NCBI GenBank assembly: GCA_022813865.1
Contig: JALDZX010000012.1
Span: forward strand, 310,001-374,000
Source: Xylographa opegraphella
Taxonomy: Eukaryota
Length of the DNA: 64,000 bases
Reading direction: 5' to 3'
Shown here: positions 62,670 to 64,000 of the stretch, one piece after another
Layout of the letters: every line of letters starts with the position of its first letter
Position numbering within the stretch: position 1 is the first letter of the stretch
Notes under the pieces: model-generated
Databases searched by the model: none
What the model was told of the DNA's origin: nothing
The model's input: the letters and a program-made list of their open reading frames with translations, nothing else
Made by a program: the position numbers and the translations under genes

Positions 62670-64000
62670 CTACTCCGGCCCCTCATCATCCGAGTCCGGC
62701 GGGTGCGGCGTGCCCTTGGGGCTGTTCAGCCACTCGATATGCCTCAGCCGGCGACGGACCTCCTGCTCCTTGAGCTGCTTCTTCGTCAAGCCCTTGCGCT
62801 TCTTGCGCGCCTTGAACTTCATGTCGCCGCCGTCCTCGGCCTCCGAGTTGACGGCGCTGCTGGCCACGCTGGCGGCCGCGCTGCTGACCGCGCTGCTGCC
62901 GGGCCGGCTGTCCTCGAAGCGGTCCATCGCCACGGCCAAGTGGCCCTTGTGCGTCACGCGCCCGTCGGCGACGTGCCACTGCTCCGGGCAGAGAGCGCCG
63001 ACGAACTCCTCGTTGTGCGAGATCATCACGACGCCGCCCTTGTAGTCGCGGATCGCGACCGCGAGCCCGCCGAGTGAGTCGCGGTCCAGGTAGTTGGTCG
63101 GCTCGTCGAGGACGAGGAGGTGCGGGTTGTTCCACATCGCGCCCGCGAGGACGACTTTGACTTTCTGCCCGCCGGACAGGCCGGAGATCTCGTTGTGGTT
63201 GGCGATCTCGGGGTCGAGGCCGATGTCTTCGAAGTGCTTCGAGATTACTTTAGGGGCGAGCTCGCGGAAGCCGAGACCTTCGCGGGATGCTTCGTGGTCA
63301 TCGAACTCTTGGATGAGCTTGGAGAAGCCAAGATCGAGGAGTGTCTCGCGAGATACCTGGGAATTGTGTTTGGGGAGGAAGTTGACCCATTTTCTGGAAC
63401 GAGATTAGTATTGTGACTACATTGGAGATGGACTGGACGTACACTTCGTATTGGAAAGACTTCTTCCACTTTTGTCGACCCATGAGGTTCTCGACCTTTC
63501 GTGGGCCTTTCCCGTCACCGATGTCGACCATTCTTTCCATCTGCGCCTTGTCTTCTGGAGTAAGAACCCTGGTCTGCTTCATGAGCACTTCTCGGTCATC
63601 ACCGTTAGCGTAACGCCATTGTAGATATTGGTTGGGCGTTTTCTCCATGTGCATTTCCACATGCTCCAGAGCATGTTGCTTGATGTATCCGATACGAAGA
63701 TTGGGATGCTTCTCGACTTTTCCAGTTTGGGGAATCGTCTCTCCCGTCAAAAGCTTTATGAGTGTCGACTTTCCAGCACCGTTAGCACCAATGATAGCAG
63801 TCCGTGAGGAGAGGGACAAGGCACAGGTGACGTCTTGCAAGGAAGGCTTTGAGCCCCCAGGATAGGTATAGGAACAATTGGTCATTCGGATGATGGCTCT
63901 TGTGTTCGATTTGACACCAGCCAAAAGACCTGGGTTTGGGAACTTGAATTGGACTTGCGAAGCTGATAGCGTGTAGTAACTCTTTCCCTCTGGCTTGACT
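62670..64000 (-). CDS. NEW1: eEF3-like ABC-F ATPase New1/Elf1 (3' part; continues beyond the window)
   Basis: GANGAGKSTLIK, YIKQHALEH, chromodomain insert GRQKWKKSFQYEV|KW, LSGGQKVKVV, LVLDEPTNYLD and a basic C-terminal tail RRRLRHIEWL; intron ~63394-63442. Confidence 0.88.

Noticed and set aside
62670..64000. Canonical eEF3 (YEF3) call
   Set aside because: The C-terminal RRRLRHIEWL tail and QHALEH motif fit the New1/Elf1 paralogue better.

Overview
Intron-containing DNA from a filamentous ascomycete (Pezizomycotina; inferred from GT-AG introns with CTRAY branch sites and fungal gene families). About 26 protein-coding genes can be supported. Core genes include acyl-CoA thioesterase II, an Hsp70-like protein, APC10, LEU2, GTR2, MOCS1/cnxABC, a bZIP factor, an FLC/TRP-like membrane protein and a partial NEW1/Elf1. 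Accessory-type genes include a CipA/NmrA oxidoreductase, thaumatin, DUF3445, a small 8-Cys secreted peptide, an NB-ARC/TPR NLR, a Thr-rich secreted protein, caleosin, a methyltransferase and a decayed F-box gene. Most notable: (1) tandem splice donors at the MoaA/MoaC junction that switch between a GG-terminated MoaA and a MoaA-MoaC fusion; (2) a hairpin-forming 17-bp coding repeat that keeps frame only because exactly three extra copies are present; (3) an NLR with a weak-acceptor intron at its P-loop; (4) a ~310-nt hairpin-rich element bounded by a perfect 14-bp inverted repeat; (5) recurring self-symmetric C-rich to G-rich skew islands. No rRNA, tRNA, CRISPR array or intact transposon was recognised. 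All family calls come from motif recognition by eye, not from database searches.
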